Below, piece after piece: positions 59,901 through 64,000 of a stretch of DNA of 64,000 bases. The first letter of the stretch is position 1; every line of letters begins with the position of its first letter. A program made the position numbers and the translations under genes. Source of the DNA: Fistulifera solaris (Eukaryota); NCBI GenBank assembly GCA_030295235.1, contig AP026137.1:992001-1056000 (forward strand), in the 5' to 3' direction. A model generated the notes under the pieces. The model worked only from the letters and a program-made list of their open reading frames with translations, was not told where the DNA came from and searched no databases.

Positions 59901-62878
59901 GCGACTTATTGAGTATGCTAGGTGGAACAACAATGGTGAAAGGTGATGGCGACACTCAAGATGATATAAGAAAGGCTGAGCGCGCGCAAGCACAGATTGC
60001 GCTTGCTTTGGGTCCTGATACGCGACGTCGAGTACTCAGCGAATTGTACATCGCTCGAAGTGATCCTGTTCATATGGTCCGCCAAATTGCTCTGCAAGTT
60101 TGGAAGACGGTCGTGAGTGTGACGGCACGCTCATTGAGAGACATCCTTCCTGCTCTCGTGTCCAAGATTATTAGCAACCTAGCTAGCGGACATCCTGAAA
60201 GAACTGTGGTGGCTGGGAGAAGTCTGGGTGATGTTGTCAGCAAACTTGGTGATTCGGTCTTGCCCCAAATCATGCCAGTCTTAAGGAACACTTTACGCGA
60301 TGGCGATGAAAATACGAAGTGCGGAGTGTGTGTTGGTCTTTCCGAGGTCATTCAATGTTCAACAAAAGAGCAAATCCTTCGTTTCATCGAAATCATTGTT
60401 AAAGTCGTTCAAGATGCTCTTTCTGACGAGTCACCAAGAGTTCAAAAATGGCCGCGTCAAGCTTTCAAAGCCTCTATGTGGTGGTTGGCAGTCGTGCATT
60501 CGATGAGGTTGTTCCATCCTTAATGGTGGCACTTGAAAACAATGAGGCTGACGAAGATTCGAGATCGCGTGCTTTAAATGGACTGACGGGCATTTTGAGC
60601 GTTCGAAGCAAGGAACTTCTTCCATACTTGATTCCGCGTCTAATTCGGAGACCAATAACGGCGAACCACGCCAGAGCCTTGGGCGGAATTGCTGCTGTCA
60701 CAGGTGGCACCATATATACATCATTCTCTCAAATTATCCCCCCTCTACTAACGGAGATGGCAGAGCTAGAAGACGGCGACGAACGAAAGAATGCTCTAAT
60801 TGATTGTGTCTCTTCGATATGCGCAAACGTAGACTCGGCTGGTGTGAATTTGCTTGTCAGCGAAATAGCCGGAAAAACGAGCAGCGACAAGCCCAGCCTG
60901 CGTCGAGAATCCTGCCGGATGCTAGAAATCACTATCTCAGAGCGTAAGTACATATTTGTTGCAGGTAGTGCGGACTTGAGGCGTGGATGATGAAAGACGA
61001 AGTTAACTCCAGTGGTTCTTCCGTGAGAGTGTTCTACTATGAGATTTCTGTCTGACACGCGGTGGTGATTTGTTCGAGCATGGATTTTGTTGTCGTGTTG
61101 CTAACTTCTTTGGTTTGAATTCTGATTTTGGTAGGCGCCGAGAAAGCCGACTACTATGAGCAAATTCCCATAATGATTCGTGAGATGGTTTATCGTCTAA
61201 ATGACGACGACGCCTCTGTGTTAAAGGCGAACCACGCAGCATGGGTGGCTCTAACCAAATGCGTTCCTGCAGAGGAACTTGTTCAAAATGTCGAATTTCT
61301 TAAAAATCTGTTAGCTAGCATGGTAAGCGACGCCCGGAGAAGGAAGGGAGGCGTCGGAGATGGCGAATTCTTGTTACCTGGTTTCAATATGGCACAAGGT
61401 ATGTCACCTTTGAATTTAATCTGCTTTCGAGAGAATATGATGAAAAGACAAGTCCGACCTTATTTGTGGGGGATCTTTCACGATTAGTCTTGCTGATTCA
61501 GCGCTTTGAGACCGAAGCTATCTCAAACGGCCATTGAAACAAGTTACTAACGTCAATATGTTTTTCATACTTCAGGTCTCGAACCACTTATACCGATTTA
61601 CCAACGAGGTATTCTTTACGGTAACCCGATTATTCGAGAAGTTTCAGCGACTGCACTTGGGGAAGCCATTAATATCACATCTGCCAAATTTTTGGCGGGG
61701 CCTATGATTGTGAAAATGACTGGTCCACTTCTTCGCATTGTTGGTGATAGGAACCCATCCAACGTCAAGACGTCAATACTGAAAACTCTTGGCTTAGTTC
61801 TAACAAAGGGCGGACCCGCATTGCGTGCTTTTGTCCCTCAGTTTCAAACAACGTGAGTACAATGGTGCTGTATGTATATTGTTGACAAGGGTCTCTTAAC
61901 GATTTCTGCAGGTTCGTCAAAGCTTTATCCGACCCATCGCGACAAGTACGTGTTGAAGCAATTGCAGCTTTGTCGTTGCTAATGCCTTTGTCGACGCGGG
62001 TCGACCCACTGATTAAGGAATTGGTGTCCGGTTCATTAGGCAAATCGATCTCATTAGAAGATGGTGTGGCAGCTGCTGCAGTACAGACGGCAACTTTAGA
62101 AGCTTTAGCGGCTGTTTTGAAAATGGGCGGCGACAAAGCCAAGCTTCCAGCAAGTATACCGTCGGCGCTAGAGGCGGCTAAGGAGTTGGTCCTCAATGCT
62201 TCTGACGAAGGTATTCGTAATAGTGCATCAAAGGTGATTGGAGAATCTTGCAAATTGCTGGGTGTAGAAGTCACCTTGGAAGTCATGAAAGATGAAATTC
62301 TCCCTTCATGTACCAAGGATGCGGAGATGCGCCATGGCGCAGCATGCGCTATACGCCGCATCATGTCATCTGGTATAGGCCCCGACTTGTCACCCATTTC
62401 TCATGAGTTGCTGCGCACCACAACCAAAATGCTCGATGATCCAGTTGATTCTGTGCGACAAGCAGCTGTCGTTGCTTTGTTGGCAACTATCGGAGGCTCG
62501 GACAACAAAAAATCGAATTTTAAGTCAAGTGAAACGGCGCTTTTGAAGATTATGAATAATTCGCGGGAAACGTTGGATATGCTCATTGCCGTCGGTCGCG
62601 GATTTTGTGTTGCCCTCATGCTTATAGATCCTTCTGATCGAATAGACACCATGGGTCTTCCCCTGATCGACGCATGTGTGAAAATGGCTATGAGTGGTGC
62701 ACAAAAGGTCCAATTTGCCTTCAATGACGTTTTATGGCTTGTTCTTGATGTTGACGGCGGACAGAGCGGCTTGGATAAATATTCCAGAATGACAGAGTTT
62801 GAGAATGTTCGTGCCGTGAAAAGCCTCGAGTCAAACGTCTTGAGTCGCATCAAGGAAGTCTCGGTATCGAAAGACTAA
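53958..62878 (+). CDS. GCN1: GCN1/ILITYHIA HEAT-repeat translational activator (multi-exon, several frameshifts)
   Basis: RRGGAYGLSALVKG, LGLLFEPYV, LSAHGVKLVMP, WRTKQAS, SDTHPKV, IDAPSLALIVPILHRGL, DPIPDVR and LRAFVPQFQTT. Introns at ~54154-54234, 60944-61134, 61399-61575 and 61853-61910. Confidence 0.95.
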
Positions 62879-63098
62879 ATAGGTTCATGCACTCAAACGT
62901 TACTTAAAGCTTCTTCTGAAGTATCATTTACTCTAAAATCTATAGCTGGCAATGGAATGTTCGAATCGTAGCAGATCAAGCGACACGGCTGTCTCTGGCA
63001 AATGCGCATTCACATATCTGTGCCGAAAGCACGTGCCTTGGTGTTTACTTTGCGCGGCACAGACATTGCAGGGTAGGTTCATCGATGTTGCGACTTTC

Positions 63099-63966
63099 TC
63101 ATCCCAACAAAGATAAACTCAAGATAGAGTTTTGTATTTGATACTGTGGCGTCAGCATCAATGTCAGATTGTAAAAGAAAGTTCCAGTGGGTTGCATAGT
63201 ACGCCCCGTCAATACCAGTAGTGTTTGATAGTTTCCACAGTCTTGTGAAGTCCAGCCTTGACATTCCCAAAACGGTTGCTGTAAAGCTTTCCATTGCTGA
63301 CTCCGTTCTTCGGGACTCGAGCAAAGCGCATGAGCTTGGCCCACCATCAAAGTCGACGGAGCGCGTTCCAAATAAAACGCTAACCACTGATCTATTTGTC
63401 CTTTGGTTAATGCCTGAATGAAAGTCGTTGCTACATGAGCACTGAGATTGGCAGTATTGGTTGGATCGGTTGGAAATGAATGTAAATTGGGTTGCGGCGG
63501 GGACTCGGTAGAAGTCGACGAAGTCGACGAGAGGGAAAACCTGCCCCGGAGCTCTTTCCGCCTTTAGCGCGGGGGTAGGTGAGTTGCCTTTTATCGTTTT
63601 CGAAATAAGATGCGAATCATAGGGAATAGAATCGCTGTTTCTGGGAGACGAAACTTCTGAAACGGTAAACCCGGGAGGAGGGGCCGGATGGAGACTACCG
63701 CTGCTTCGTTGGCTTATATTGGGCGTTTCCTCTGCCTCTTGCTTTGTGTCTCTATTCTCGCTGTGTATTAATTCACTATAGTTATGATTCGAATCACTCA
63801 CATCGTCGTGGGGAAGCGACCGATCACGGGAAACTCCTAAATCGTCGAGGATCGACTCATCGTGCTGCTTGCCTTTCTTTCTTCGTTCCTTCTTTTGTTG
63901 CTTAAACATTTCCCAGAGACGCTCTTTCTCGTGCTCCCCAAACCGCGGTAATTGATTGCCTGTCAT
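63099..63966 (-). CDS. Hypothetical protein with a probable C-terminal NTF2-like domain (frameshifted)
   Basis: N-terminal LPRFGEHEKERLWEMFKQQKK. The C-terminal frame STLMVGQAHA...TLLVLTGRT...FFYNLTLMLTPQYQIQNSILSL resembles NTF2 beta-strands. Confidence 0.55.
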
Positions 63967-64000
63967 AGGAAGTTGCCAGACTATCTTCTTTTTTCTTGTT

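Noticed and set aside
733..63966. Widespread frameshifts read as pseudogenes or programmed frameshifting
   Set aside because: They hit essential genes (GCN1, VTI1, RPL13, CYP38-like) and mostly fall in homopolymers; best explained by long-read indel error.

Overview
Gene-dense eukaryotic nuclear DNA, very probably a diatom. This is supported by bipartite plastid-targeting presequences with a signal peptide followed by F/W, short GT-AG introns, and 'RVRF..WY' family proteins. About 30 protein genes are recognisable, including CID/RPRD, MTD1-like, a mitochondrial-carrier-family protein, CYP38-like, NUP50-like, HOP2-like, a 4-exon SF3B6 missed by the ORF track, RPL13, eIF3g, VTI1, TrmH and GCN1. 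Many genes are broken by 1-nt indels in homopolymers, which looks like unpolished long-read error. Main accessory element: a complete 5.87-kb Mutator-like (MULE) transposon at 18976-24841. It has perfect 130-bp TIRs and a 9-bp TSD, encodes a DDE transposase, SWIM and CCHC fingers and a Ulp1/SENP-like protease, and sits between two tandem plastid helical-repeat (OPR-like) paralogues. Other notable structure: (1) two plastid-targeted ORFs joined by a TAATG stop-start overlap (possible bicistronic mRNA); (2) two inverted 5 x 33-bp arrays in divergent promoters; (3) two diverged satellites 33 kb apart that share identically spaced boxes; (4) a dispersed ~200-bp repeat with a CTACGTG-N4/5-CACGTAG dyad; (5) tiny hairpin/MITE-like elements; (6) an intergenic tract rich in unrelated 7-bp duplications. 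All calls are by eye; no searches were run.
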